Positions 53,274 to 64,000 of a stretch of 64,000 nucleotides of DNA are shown in pieces. The stretch comes from Squalus acanthias. Taxonomy: Eukaryota. The translations under genes and the position numbers were made by a program. The DNA lies in assembly GCA_030390025.1 (NCBI GenBank), contig CM059431.1, positions 156,924,001 to 156,988,000 on the forward strand. The letters are read 5' to 3'. The notes under the pieces are model-generated. The model ran no database searches, was not told the DNA's origin, and saw only the letters and a list, made by a program, of their open reading frames with translations. Numbering within the stretch: position 1 is the stretch's first letter; the number at the start of each line of letters is the position of its first letter.

Positions 53274-54610
53274 CATAGAAACATAGAAACATAGAAAATA
53301 GGTGCAGGAGTAGACCATTCGGTCCTTCGAGCCTGCACCGCCATTCAATGCGTTCATGGCTGAACATGCTACCTCAGTACCCCATTCCTGCTTTCTCGCC
53401 ATACCCCTTCATTCCCCTAGTTGTGAATATTATATCCAATTCCCTTTTGAATATATGTAGCGAACTGGCCTCAACAACCTTCTGTGGTAGAGAGTTCCAC
53501 AGATTCACCACTCTCTGGGTGAAGAAGTTGCTCCTCATCTCAGTCTTAAATGGCTTCCTCTTTATCCTTAGACTGTGACCCCTGGTTTTAGTTTTCCCTA
53601 ACATTGGAAACATTCTGCCCGCATCTAATTTGTCTAAACCAGTCAGGATTTTAAACGTCTGTATAAGATCCCCCCTCATTCTTCTGAACTCCAGAGGATA
53701 CAAGTTCAGTTGATCCAGTCTTTCTTGATATGTCAGTCTGGCCATCCCAGGAATCAATCTAGTGAACCTTCGTTGCACTCCCTCAATAGCAAGAATGTCT
53801 TTCCTCAAGTTAGGAGACCAAAACTGCACACAATTCTCCAGGTGTGGCCTCACCAAGGCCCTGTACAACTGTAGCATCACCTCCCTACTCCTGTACTCAA
53901 ATCCCCTTGCTATGAAGGCCATCATGCCATTTGCTTTCTTGACTGCCTGCTGCACTTGCCTTCCCACCTTCAGTGACTGATGTACCATGACGCCCAGGTC
54001 TCGTTGCACCTCCCCTTTCCCTAATCTGCCACCATTCAGGTAATAGTCTGCCTCCCTATTTTTACCACCAAAGTGGATAACCTCACATTTATCCACATTG
54101 TACTTCATCTGCCATACATTTTCCCATTCACCCAACCTGTCCAAGTCACTCTGTAGCCTCCTAGCATCCTTCTCATTGTTTACACTGCCTCCCAATTTAG
54201 TCTCATCCGCAAATTTGGAGATATTACAATTAATCACTTCGTCCAAATCATTAATATATAATGTAAACAACTGGGGCACAAGCACCGAACCCTGCGGTAC
54301 CCCGCTGGTCACTGCCTGCCATTTTGAAATTTACCCATTTACTCCTACTCTTTGTTTCCTGTGTGCCAACCAGTTCTCAATCCACGTCGACACATTACCC
54401 CCAATCCCATGTGCTTTAACTTTTCACACCAATCTCTTGTGTGGGACCTTGTCGAAGGCCTTCTGAAAGTCCAAATACACCACATCTACTGGCTCCCCCC
54501 CGTCCACCCTATTGGAAACATCCTCAAAAAATTCCAGAAGATTTGTCAAGCATGATTTCCCTTTCACAAATCCATGCTGACTTGGACGTATCATGTCGCC
54601 ACTTTCCAAA
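53274..54610 (-). mobile_element. Young CR1, 5'-truncated, with a 312-aa open RT segment
   Basis: ORF 53374-54312; (acatagaa)n tail. Confidence 0.95.
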
Positions 54611-55164
54611 TGTACAGTTTTGTTCATCTTATCTAAGGAAGGATATATTTGCTATATTTGAGGGAATATAACGTAGGATCACCAGACGGGTTCATCGGAT
54701 GGGGGGGTTGTCCTATGGGGGGGAGATTGAGTAGACTAGGCATATATTCCCTAGAGTTTAGAAGAAAGAGAGGTGATCTCATTGAAACATACAACATTCT
54801 TACAGGGCTTGACAGAGTAGATACAGGGAGGATGTTGCCCTGGCTGGTGCGTCCAGAACCAGGGGTCATAGTCTCAGAATAGGGGTCGGTGATTTAGGAC
54901 TGAGAAAAGGAGAAATGATTTTACTCAGACCGTGATGAATCTTGGGAATTTTCTACCCCAGAGGGCGGTGGAGGCTCAGTCGTTGAGCATATTCAAGATA
55001 GTAGTCGAGAGATTTTTCAATGAATCAGGGGATATGGGGATATTGCGGGAAAGTGGAGCTGATTAAGAAGATCAGCCATTATTTTATTGACTAGTGGAGC
55101 AAGCTCCAACGTCCAAATGAACTACTCCTGCTCCTTATTCTTATGTTCTTATGTTCTTATATAC

Positions 55165-55649
55165 CAGTAGAGATGCTACCTAGCCTCTCTTGATGATGGG
55201 CTTTGAAGGCCCCCAGCCAGATTACATTCTATGCCCTTGCTACCCTGAGTGGTTCTTCGAAGTGGTGTTCAACATTGAGGAGCTGTGATTCCTCAGCTGA
55301 GAGAGGGCGGTAGGTGGTAATCAGCAGGAGTTTTCCTTTCTCATGCTGGGCCTGAAGCCAAGAGTATTCCTGTGATCTGCAGTCAATGTAGAAGACTGCC
55401 AGTGCCCCTCCCTCCCGAATGCATACCATTGTGCTGCCACCTGTTGTTGGTCCGTCCTGCCGGTGGGAAGGAACATACCGAGGGATGTTGATGGAGGAAT
55501 CTTGGGACATTGGCTGAAAGATATGAGTCTTTGAGTATGTCTACGTCAGGCTGTTGCTTGACTCGTCTGTGGGACAGCTCTCCCAATTTTTGCAAAAGTC
55601 CCCAGATGTTAGTGTGGAGGAATTTGCAGAGTCGACTAGTCTGGGTGTG
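55165..55649 (-). mobile_element. LINE endonuclease N-terminus (its 5' part resumes after the ERV at 62447-62650)
   Basis: LHTNIWGLLQKLGELSHRRVKQQPDV; HRQDGPTTGG; LLLITTYRP. Confidence 0.8.
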
Positions 55650-56211
55650 TGTTAGGATGAAAATTATAGGGCTTAAAGCAGCAACGTAAAGAGTTAAAGA
55701 AAGTGTTGTAAAATTTGGACTCGTAAATAAGACAGTGCGATGAGTAATGTCTACAGTCAACATGCGTACGTGCGAGACAGCTTGAAGCCCACCAAGGAGG
55801 AACAAACGAATACAATAATAGCACAATGGTTACATTTGAGAACCAATCACCGCATGACTAGACAGTCCGGCCAAGCATATGTGGCGTAACACTTTGTATG
55901 TTTATAGTTTCGGAAGGGAAGTAACAAGAAAATTTTGCTTAAATTGCAGATTATAATTAAGTCTGTGGTGGAGATATATGAATGGGTAAGGGGCTTGTTG
56001 ATAGAGGAATTTGATTGGGTGCAGACATTTGTATGTAATGAATTGTGTACCGAACCTATAATGTATAAAAAAAAAGTTCTGATACCACTGTAATGACGAG
56101 AAGTTGATCAATATACAACGGGGTCTATGGCTCTTCTCCCAGGGCTCACTATTAAATAAACTGTGATCTTCTGCTTTGAGACAGACTCGAGTGAATTAAT
56201 TTTCCCCAACA
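55650..56211 (+). repeat. 5' LTR
   Basis: TG..CA; direct repeat of 61875-62446; TATA-like gtataaaa ~56064 and AATAAA ~56155. Confidence 0.95.
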
Positions 56212-56213
56212 AT

Positions 56214-56231
56214 TAGCGTAGTCTGCAGGAT
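56214..56231 (+). promoter_or_regulatory. Primer-binding site for tRNA-Ser
   Basis: TAGCGTAGTCTGCAGGAT vs TGGCGTAGTCGGCAGGAT (complement of the vertebrate tRNA-Ser 3' end): 16/18. Confidence 0.85.
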
Positions 56232-56689
56232 GCTCCGGAAGCGAAAGTCCTCCCGCATCAGTGAACCCGGATGAGAAGTCAATTTTGACCATCCAGAAAT
56301 TAAGTCACCTGGAAAGGCAGAGTGACAGTGCCGTAGCATCACGAATCAAGTAAAGTCTGTGAGAGGTAGGAGAAAACAGTTGTGAGAGTGTGGAACGCAA
56401 GTACTAAAGGGAACATTGTTTAGCAATAGATGTCGCGAAGGAATGAGTGAGTGACGAAACGACACAGACAAGTTGGGTGCCTAGCCTCAGCCTGAATTAA
56501 GAGAAATTAGTCCCACGTGATGGTCGGGATCAAGTTGGTATAGAGGCTCCAAAGCACCCTGGGAGACTGAAATCAGCAAATATACACGTGTGTTGTGACT
56601 AATTAACCGCTTGACGGTCTTTAAGGTATCAAGATCAAACCCGAGTAGAGGAACTCAGCATTTGGTAAGACTGTAAGTTGGACTACAAA

Positions 56690-58380
56690 ATGGCGTCGGG
56701 GAAAGAAATAGAATGAGGACCAACGGGGTTCCTTACTTGGTTCCATGCAGATGACCGGAAGGGTTTAGTTGATAAGATGACGAAGGAGGGGTGGGACCCG
56801 CTCCAGAATCCGAAATCTCAAAGCAGTGGTGGGAGGGTCAAAAACAGAAAAAGATAAAAAAGGCAGGGGTTGTCTAGTAAACCAATTAGTCGCATTAACG
56901 AACAAGGTGCAGCGACTCCACACTAGACTTGCAAGTAAAAATGAAATAATTCTTGATATAGAACAAGAGTTATTATTACCGAACGAGGCCAGACAGTCCT
57001 TGATGGGTACCGGCTGGACAAAACGGAGTTATGGAATAAAAGGCGGGCACATTTGTGCGCCTCGGTAAAAGTCCAGGTCTCCGAAAATAAGGACGAGATG
57101 CCACCTCCTTATGCCCCAGAGGCATCAGCCCCTTCTATGGAAGACAATGATGACGAAAACTTAGAGAAAGGGCAAAAGAACCCAAACGTAGTCAAAGCAG
57201 CCCCTATAAAAAGAGGGGGAGCGGTACAAAATCCCACATCCAAATACCAAGATTTAGCCACTTAAAACAAACAATATTGAACGATTTGGGAACATTGAAG
57301 CCCGGTAGCAGATGTGGGATATACACGACCTCCATCCTCGGGACATCCACCAGTTAGTACGGGCTAAATGCCCGGCTAACAAATGGAGGGAGGTGGATAA
57401 CCAAAACGGCCACCAAGACGGTGGCTGGACCGGCCGTATCACCTTAATTGCGGACAAGGCGGCCTAACTCGCGGCCTACAACACCTTTAGAACAGCGGTA
57501 CAGGGGGCATTAGGAGGATCTTCACCAAATTGGGGACGTATAATGATGATAAAACAGCGGAAAGGGGAAAGCAGTAATGATTATGTCGAACGATAGTTCG
57601 TCGTATACTAGGAATCACCGGGACAAGCAAATCCCCAGATGACAGACCAGTTCTTTATTCAAATGTTTAAGGACGGGTTGTCCCAATCCCACCAAGCGAT
57701 ATTAAAAATGGGAATAGTGGCGGCGAATACATATGATGCGGCGGTCCAGTGGGCGTGTCAGATAGATGCCAAGAGGCGGAATGAACACCAGTAATAAAAC
57801 AAGAAAGAGTAGGGGCCGCGGGAATACGGGAACTGTCCCAAAGAAAAAATGTGGCTTGTTTTAACTGTGGAAAGTTGGGTCATATGGCAAAAGAATGTAG
57901 GGCCCTCAAACAAAACCGACCGGTATGTGCTAAATGCGCAAGACCGGGACATTCAACCGAGAGGTGTTGGTCAAAAATGGAAGAGCCAAACCAGACCGGG
58001 ACCATTGATATGTATCAAAAGTTCCTGCAGTATGTAAAGGAACAGGGTGGTGGCCACGGACTAGCAGCGGCCCCCATCAAGAGGGAGACGGAAGATCCCA
58101 AAGTCTATCTACCGGCACTGTTAGGGGGCCAGCAGTGCGATATGTTAGTAGACACTGGAGCTTCTGTATCCATTACCGATTTACCCCTTCCACTCGCCAA
58201 ACAAAGGATAGACATAGTGGTGTTGGGAGGGGAGCGTTTACATGCATTTAAAAGTGAGGTACAACTATTGGAATTAGCGGGACGACTATTACCTGCGCAA
58301 TTTTATGTATGCCCAAACAGTGAGGGGACTATCTTAGGAATAGATTTGTTAAAATAATTTAATTTGTTGTTAGATTCAAG
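56690..58380 (+). pseudogene. gag: gag-pro, with stops and frameshifts
   Basis: aaaATGG start; PPPY late domain (~57101); two CX2CX4HX4C knuckles and protease LVDTGA..ILGIDLL in the same ORF (57851-58357). Confidence 0.9.
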
Positions 58381-58384
58381 GGGA

Positions 58385-60043
58385 GGAAGAGGAAGGATGC
58401 ATACAAGATGAGCCCATCATCGAGCCCCAGATTACTCTGTACGTGAAAGGATCTAGAACATATGTAGAGGGATCCCCACGAACCAGATGGGCAGCAGTAA
58501 TCGATCACTTAGAGACTGAATTATCAGGAAGGCTGGACGGAAGACTATCAGCTCAAGTGGCCGAGATAGTGGCGCTGACGAAGCGGCTAGTATTAGCCAA
58601 GGGAAAAACGGCAAATATCTACACGGATAGCAAGAATGCTTTTGGGGTCGTACACGATTATATGACTGCCTCGGGAAGAAGGGTTTTTTTAACAATAGGA
58701 GGGGATCGTAAAAAACACCAGCAGCGGATAGAGGCCCTCTTGAAAGCTGCAAAGGCCCCAACACTAGCAGCAGTAAATAAAATAAAGGCACACTAGAAAA
58801 TACAAAACCAGGAACAAAGAGGGAACCATGCCGCTGATTTAACATCACAGAAAGCTCTTGAACAAGAAGTGGTTGAAATAAAACATAGCCAGCGCACAGA
58901 TGGAAGAAATAGATATTAGGAAATTACACAAAGAGACAGGAATGGTACCGCACAGGAGGTAGACCAGACAAGGAAGCTATAAGGTCGAAAATGGGTAGGT
59001 GATTGCCCCCGCATGTATCAGACAAATACTCTTAGAACTATACCATGGAGACGCCCATAGAGGAAGGGGGCCGACGATTGACCTAATAAGTAAAGAATGG
59101 TGGTGGCCTGGGTTAGGAAGAAATGTGGCAAAACATTGGCAACACTTTATCGCGTGTGTGCCCAGCAAAACCCAGGACGACCCGTTAAGGTACGGATTGC
59201 CAACCAACCACCGCCGAGGGTTCCATGGGAAAATATACAAATAGACTTCACCGTCCATTCCCCACGTCAAGGGGTAAGAAGTATTGCCTGGTAATAATAG
59301 AGCAGTTTACTAGGTGGGTCGAGGCATTCCCAACCCGGAACTGTACTGCCTCCACCGTGGCACGAATAATGGCAGAGGAAATAATTCCCAGATGGGGAAT
59401 ACCGATCCAAATTGACTCAGATCAGGGAACTCACTTTACGGGAGCAGTGTTGAAGAATGTATGCAAGTGGATGGGCATAAAGCAGAAATTCCACATTCCG
59501 TACCATCCCCAAAGTTCTGGAATGGTGGAACGAACGAACCGACCCTTGAAAACAGCCTTAGCCAATGCTTTAGGGGAAACACATCAACAGTGGGTAGATT
59601 TGTTACCAGCAGTCTTAATAAAACTAAGAGCGACCCCAAACCGAACAACGGGCTTATCAACACATGTGCTAATGACGGGGAGGGCAATGCAACTCCCCCA
59701 TGGCATAATAACTGGAGGAGAGGAAGTGGGTCCTCCAAAGGATAAGCTCCGAAGGTATGTCCCCAAATTAAGCAGTCAATTAAAGGAAATGAGGCAGCAA
59801 ACGCGGGACAGACAGGAAGAAGAGGATAAGCATTTAGAATTGACAGCGTTCCCATATATCCCTCCAGCCGGGACTAAGGCAAAAGTTGCAGGTTTAGCAG
59901 GGAAACCCGGGTTTGCCCCAAAATGGTCAGGACCATATCAGATTCTAATTAGTGGAGATACGTGTGCTTGCATTGATATGACGGGAATGGGACGACGGAA
60001 GCACTGGACACAGCTAAAAGTCTATGACCATTCGCCAGCTTAA
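58385..60043 (+). pseudogene. pol: pol remnant: RNase H and integrase
   Basis: YV(K)GS, SAQVAE, NIYTDS, IKAH; H-X3-H zinc-binding region, QIDF, DSDQGTHF, SSGMVERTN, GPY module. Confidence 0.92.
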
Positions 60044-60373
60044 AGATGACTATACCAGAACAAGTACCTTTTGTAGAAAGTGAAGAATACGCTAGACAAT
60101 AGAAAGAATGGGAGTGGGTGCTGGTACGTTGGTATGGACAATATACATTATCATAATGGGATACACCATGGGACGTATCCTGAAGCATGTATGGGTATAA
60201 TCCCATCGACTGCAACCGGTCTGGCAGGAGGAGGGAATCCAAATGATTATGATCGAGGAATTAGACTTATGACAGTATTCTATTCACCATCACAGGAAAA
60301 TTGTATCTACAAGCAACAAAGCGGTTAGTTTGGCGATATAGCTTTTTGGACATTGTTAACATAAAGTCATAAG

Positions 60374-61766
60374 ATGAACGTGTTACGCAATATCAAGTGT
60401 AGTTTGCTTGCTTGTATAATCATAATATGTAGACTCGGGAGGTCTCAGGCTAGAGTACCCCCAACAGGCCAAAAGAGGGTTACTGGTGAACACCTTTTTT
60501 TATATATGTCATAGACATATGCCAAGAGAGTTGATGTTGCCAGCTGTTGGGTCTGTGCCCATGTCCCCACGCACTCGGAGGAAGGAGTCCCCCTACAACC
60601 AATCCAACTGAGTGATGATGAGACGGGCAGTTGGATGTTTGGAGTTAGAGCAGGATGCACAAGTGTGGGCTGTTATGTAGCCAAGAGAGACGGCAGCAGT
60701 ATAGCAAAGCTGCAACGTCATGGGTACAACCCAGAATTTTGTAGTGGGTGGACACGGTCAACATATATCGATTCCTATCTACCACCGTTCCTGAGAACTA
60801 GGAGTAAGAAGGGACAAAGGAGGGGACTATGTCTCGCAAAGAGGGGACGACCGACAGATCCTATTGTGAGCTACAGTAGCTGCACATATAACATTGCCTT
60901 GCCTGGTGAAACGGGTAGTGTGAAACTCCCGTCACTAAACGAAAGCGGTGACTTTTCAGTACAATGGGACCCCCTAGAGGTAAATAAGTATACCCCCTAC
61001 AACGGGACTCATTTCGTGTGCGGTCATAGGGCCTATACCTGGTTGCCCGAGAATGGACGGGTTCTTGTTATCTGGCTTATGTCATACCCTACATATATCA
61101 CATGGGTTCGCTGAAGGACCTCCACGGGAGAGCCAGACGAGCCATCACGGAGTCTGAAAGATTATGGGCAATTGCGTCCCCCTGTTATGGAGCGGGTAAA
61201 TTGGCAAGGGAATCCATTAACCTCGCCTCCGTCTTGGAGCAGGTGTCCAACGATACAGCTGAAGCCCTAGTTAAGGTTAATGCAGAGATGGTAGCCCTCC
61301 GCACAGTAGCTCTACAAAATCGGATGCCCCTTGTCTATGTGTTGGCCGAAAAAGGGGGAACTTGCGCCCTAACAGGTACAGAATGTTGCACTAAAATACC
61401 AGATAACTCGGAAGCAATAACTAACTTGGCAGAACACATACAGGAAGAATTAAGTAAATTAAAACAAATCCGGCATCCACCCTTTGGGCCTGTGCAACTG
61501 GATGGTTGGGATCACTTTGCGCATCAGTAATACAATAATTGACTTTGCTCTTTGTTATAATATTAGTGATGTATGGTATGGCTCTATTGTTAAAAAGTTG
61601 CTGCGCTGAAATGTCACGGCCTGCTGTAAGTGTCATGGTGGTTAACCAAGTGACACCCGGAGAGAGAGATGTGTGGATATGAGTCCCTATACAAGGATGC
61701 CACAGTCGGACTAACGGACTTTGTGCCTCTTGATGTAAACATACAGAACTTCAGGCCCGAATACTA
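60374..61766 (+). pseudogene. env: env, gamma-type (SU CWVC; TM with ISD and CX6CC), disrupted
   Basis: Signal-like MNVLRNIKCSLLACIIIIC; CWVC; furin site RARR; LQNRMPLVYVLAEKGGTCALTGTECC; hydrophobic anchor ~61540-61600. Confidence 0.9.
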
Positions 61767-61874
61767 AAAGTCCTGCCAAAGGCTGTATCAAAGATCTACT
61801 TACATTACCAGAAATCCGTATGAGGCTGGTTCCCTGTCAAAAAGGAGTTTTGATCAGGGACCAACAGGAGGGAC

Positions 61875-62446
61875 TGTTAGGCTGAAAATTATAGTGCTTA
61901 AAGAAGCAACCTAAAGAGATAAAGAATGTGTTGTAAAAGGTGGACTCGTAAATAAGACAAGACAGATTGGTTTCGCTGATGTAATGTCTACTGTCAACAT
62001 GCATACGTGCGAGACAGCTTGAAGCTCACCAAGCAGGAACAAACGACTACAATAATAGCACAACAATTACATTTCAGAACCAATCACTGCATGACTAGAC
62101 AGTCCGGCCAAGCATATGTGGCGTAACACTTTGTATGTTTATAGTTTCAGAAGGGAAGTAACAAGAACATCTAGCTTAAAGAGCAGATTATAATTAAGTC
62201 AGTGGTGGAGATATATGATTAGTTGAGGGGCTTGTTGCTAGCGGAATGTGATTGGGCGGAGACATTTTTATGTCATGAATTATGTTAGCAGCCCTATGAT
62301 GTATAAAAGATGTTCCAATGCCTCTGTAACGACGAGAAGTTGATCACTAGACCACGGGGTCTATGGTCTTCTCCCAATATACGCTGTATAATAAACTGTG
62401 ATCTTTGCTTTGAGACAGACTCGAGTGAATTCATTTTTCACCAACA
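61875..62446 (+). repeat. 3' LTR, preceded by polypurine tract aacaggagggac
   Basis: Direct repeat of the 5' LTR. Confidence 0.95.
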
Positions 62447-62659
62447 GTATGCATTTATCGTGTTTGAAGCCGGTGCCGACGTTGATGCCGGGTGGCCTTG
62501 CGGTTTTATTGGTATTACTGTTCTTGTAGCGTTGTGTTGCAACTGAGTGGCTTGCTCGGCCATTTCACAGTGCAGTTAAGAGTCAACCACATTTCTATGT
62601 GTCTGAAGTCACATATAGGTCAGACCATGTGTGGTAAATACTGCAGATTACCGGCCTAG

Positions 62660-62945
62660 TCTTCTCAATCTCTCCTAATTGGAGACTTCCCATCCCAAGA
62701 ATATCTCTAGTAAACGTTATTTGCACTCCCTCTCAGGTAAGTATATCTTTCCTTAAGAAAATAACCCAATACTCTACTCAGTACTACTGGTGCAGTCTTA
62801 ACCAAAGTCCTATATATTTACAGTAATACTCCTTTACTCTTGTACTCCAATCCTTTTGTAACCAAGGCTAACATAATTTGCTTTCCTAAATGCTTCCTGT
62901 ACCTGCATGTAAATTTTCACTGATTCGTACTCAAGAACACTCTGA
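62660..62945 (-). mobile_element. CR1 RT C-terminal fragment
   Basis: MQVQEAFRK..LVKTAPVVLS-type degenerate motifs. Confidence 0.7.
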
Positions 62946-62949
62946 TAAC

Positions 62950-64000
62950 CTCGGAATAACAAGCGCTAAAACCCGGAAATTGCAATCTATCAAGTATCAA
63001 CTTGACAGATCCTCCGCCTCCCCATGAGAGGTAGAACTGCTGGCACAGATCTGCGATACTTTATCAATTGCTGGCCAGCAGCTACGGACGAAACCGCAGC
63101 GACAGTTAAAAACAGGCGAACAGCCTGCATTCTATCTGAAGAAGCAGCAGGAAGAAGATGTGGAAAGCAGGGGACTCTGAAACGGGACATATTTATCTTT
63201 GAACGTGAACAAAGTTCTTGTTAGAACGCCTGATTTAAGTTTCTAACATCATTCTTTGTTAAATATTTCATTGGTTTTGGATATTGTTCTGAGGATTTTA
63301 GGTAATTTAAAGAGGAACTCTCGCTGTGGACAAGATAAGCATTGTATTCAGTTAGATTTCATTTTTTTTTTATTTTAAAATGTTTTGATAGTCTGCGATG
63401 CGCATTTCAGGATCCTAAACGTGAATGCAGATCACTGGGGAAGTGCTCATGACTCCCTCGTCCTCTGTCACTCGGAATTATATAGCGCCCGCACCACATT
63501 GCCTCCAGGATCTGCATGGATATTGGGCGACAAGGGCTACCCGCTAAAACTATGGCAGATGACACCGTAACACAGGAAAAGTAATGAGGCACAGAAGAGA
63601 TACAACCGGGCACACGTGTCGACATGGAATGTGGTGGAGAGGACATCGGGGTTCTGAAATCACGCTTTCGGTGCCTGGACATGGCAGGGGCGTCTTTTCA
63701 GTATTCTCCTCTGAAAGTGTCAAGGATTGTGATGGCCTTTTGCGCTTTGCACAATGTTACCCTATGGGAAGGACTCACCCTTAACCCTGCTGACGAGCTC
63801 CAGGTTGAAATGGAGGACATGGAGGATGCCAATTGCCCTGTGGCCAGACCTGATGGGTTGAGCGATAGGCAGCCGAAAGCAAAGCTGCTGGGAACTGCTC
63901 GTAGCCAACACGTTCACGAGGCGTTGATAGTGTCGCCTTGTAACACCCCCTCCCCCAGCAAAGCACAGAAAAGAACAGACACAATTTAAAGTGAAACAGT
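62950..64000 (+). mobile_element. PIF/Harbinger DNA transposon remnant with HARBI1-like DDE transposase C-terminal half (~63375-63800)
   Basis: NVLIVCDA..GSAHDS..WILGDKGYPL..MTP; YNRAH..VVERT; GVLKSRFRCLD..CALHN; contains frameshifts. Confidence 0.88.

Larger units (their letters stand above)
51450..55160 (+). mobile_element. CR1 LINE interrupted by a Penelope hairpin (52375-52540) and a younger CR1 (53274-54610)
   Basis: ORFs 52131-53278; RPHLEY|(C)VQF continues at ~54612; tail at 55140-55160. Confidence 0.88.
55650..62446 (+). mobile_element. Endogenous retrovirus provirus (LTR-gag-pro-[RT missing]-RNaseH-IN-env-LTR), defective
   Basis: Paired LTRs TGTTAG..CCAACA; PBS; PPT; recognisable protein domains; flanks GTGTG/GTATG. 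Confidence 0.95.

Noticed and set aside
56214..56231. tRNA gene
   Set aside because: Only an 18-nt complement of a tRNA 3' end, i.e. a PBS
63375..63989. Domesticated host HARBI1 gene
   Set aside because: Frameshifts and stops, N-terminal half missing, and MITE-like subterminal sequence adjacent

Overview
Eukaryotic, transposon-saturated window with no intact host protein-coding gene that I can recognise. The repeat repertoire looks like a cartilaginous fish (inference from recalled repeat families). Most of it is nested, decayed CR1-type LINEs, including two 5'-complete copies with ~74-bp tandem monomers at their 5' ends. It also holds RTE/BovB-like LINE pieces, Penelope-like elements and hairpins with minimal hammerhead-ribozyme cores, a Harbinger transposase remnant and related MITEs. 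The most notable element is a two-LTR endogenous retrovirus (55650-62446). It has a tRNA-Ser PBS, two-knuckle Gag in frame with protease, RNase H, integrase and a gamma-type Env, but no reverse transcriptase domain. Beneath the repeats lies an old 2-3 copy tandem duplication. It carries a conserved non-repeat block that looks like a minus-strand promoter/non-coding first exon. Repeat boundaries were set by eye and are approximate.
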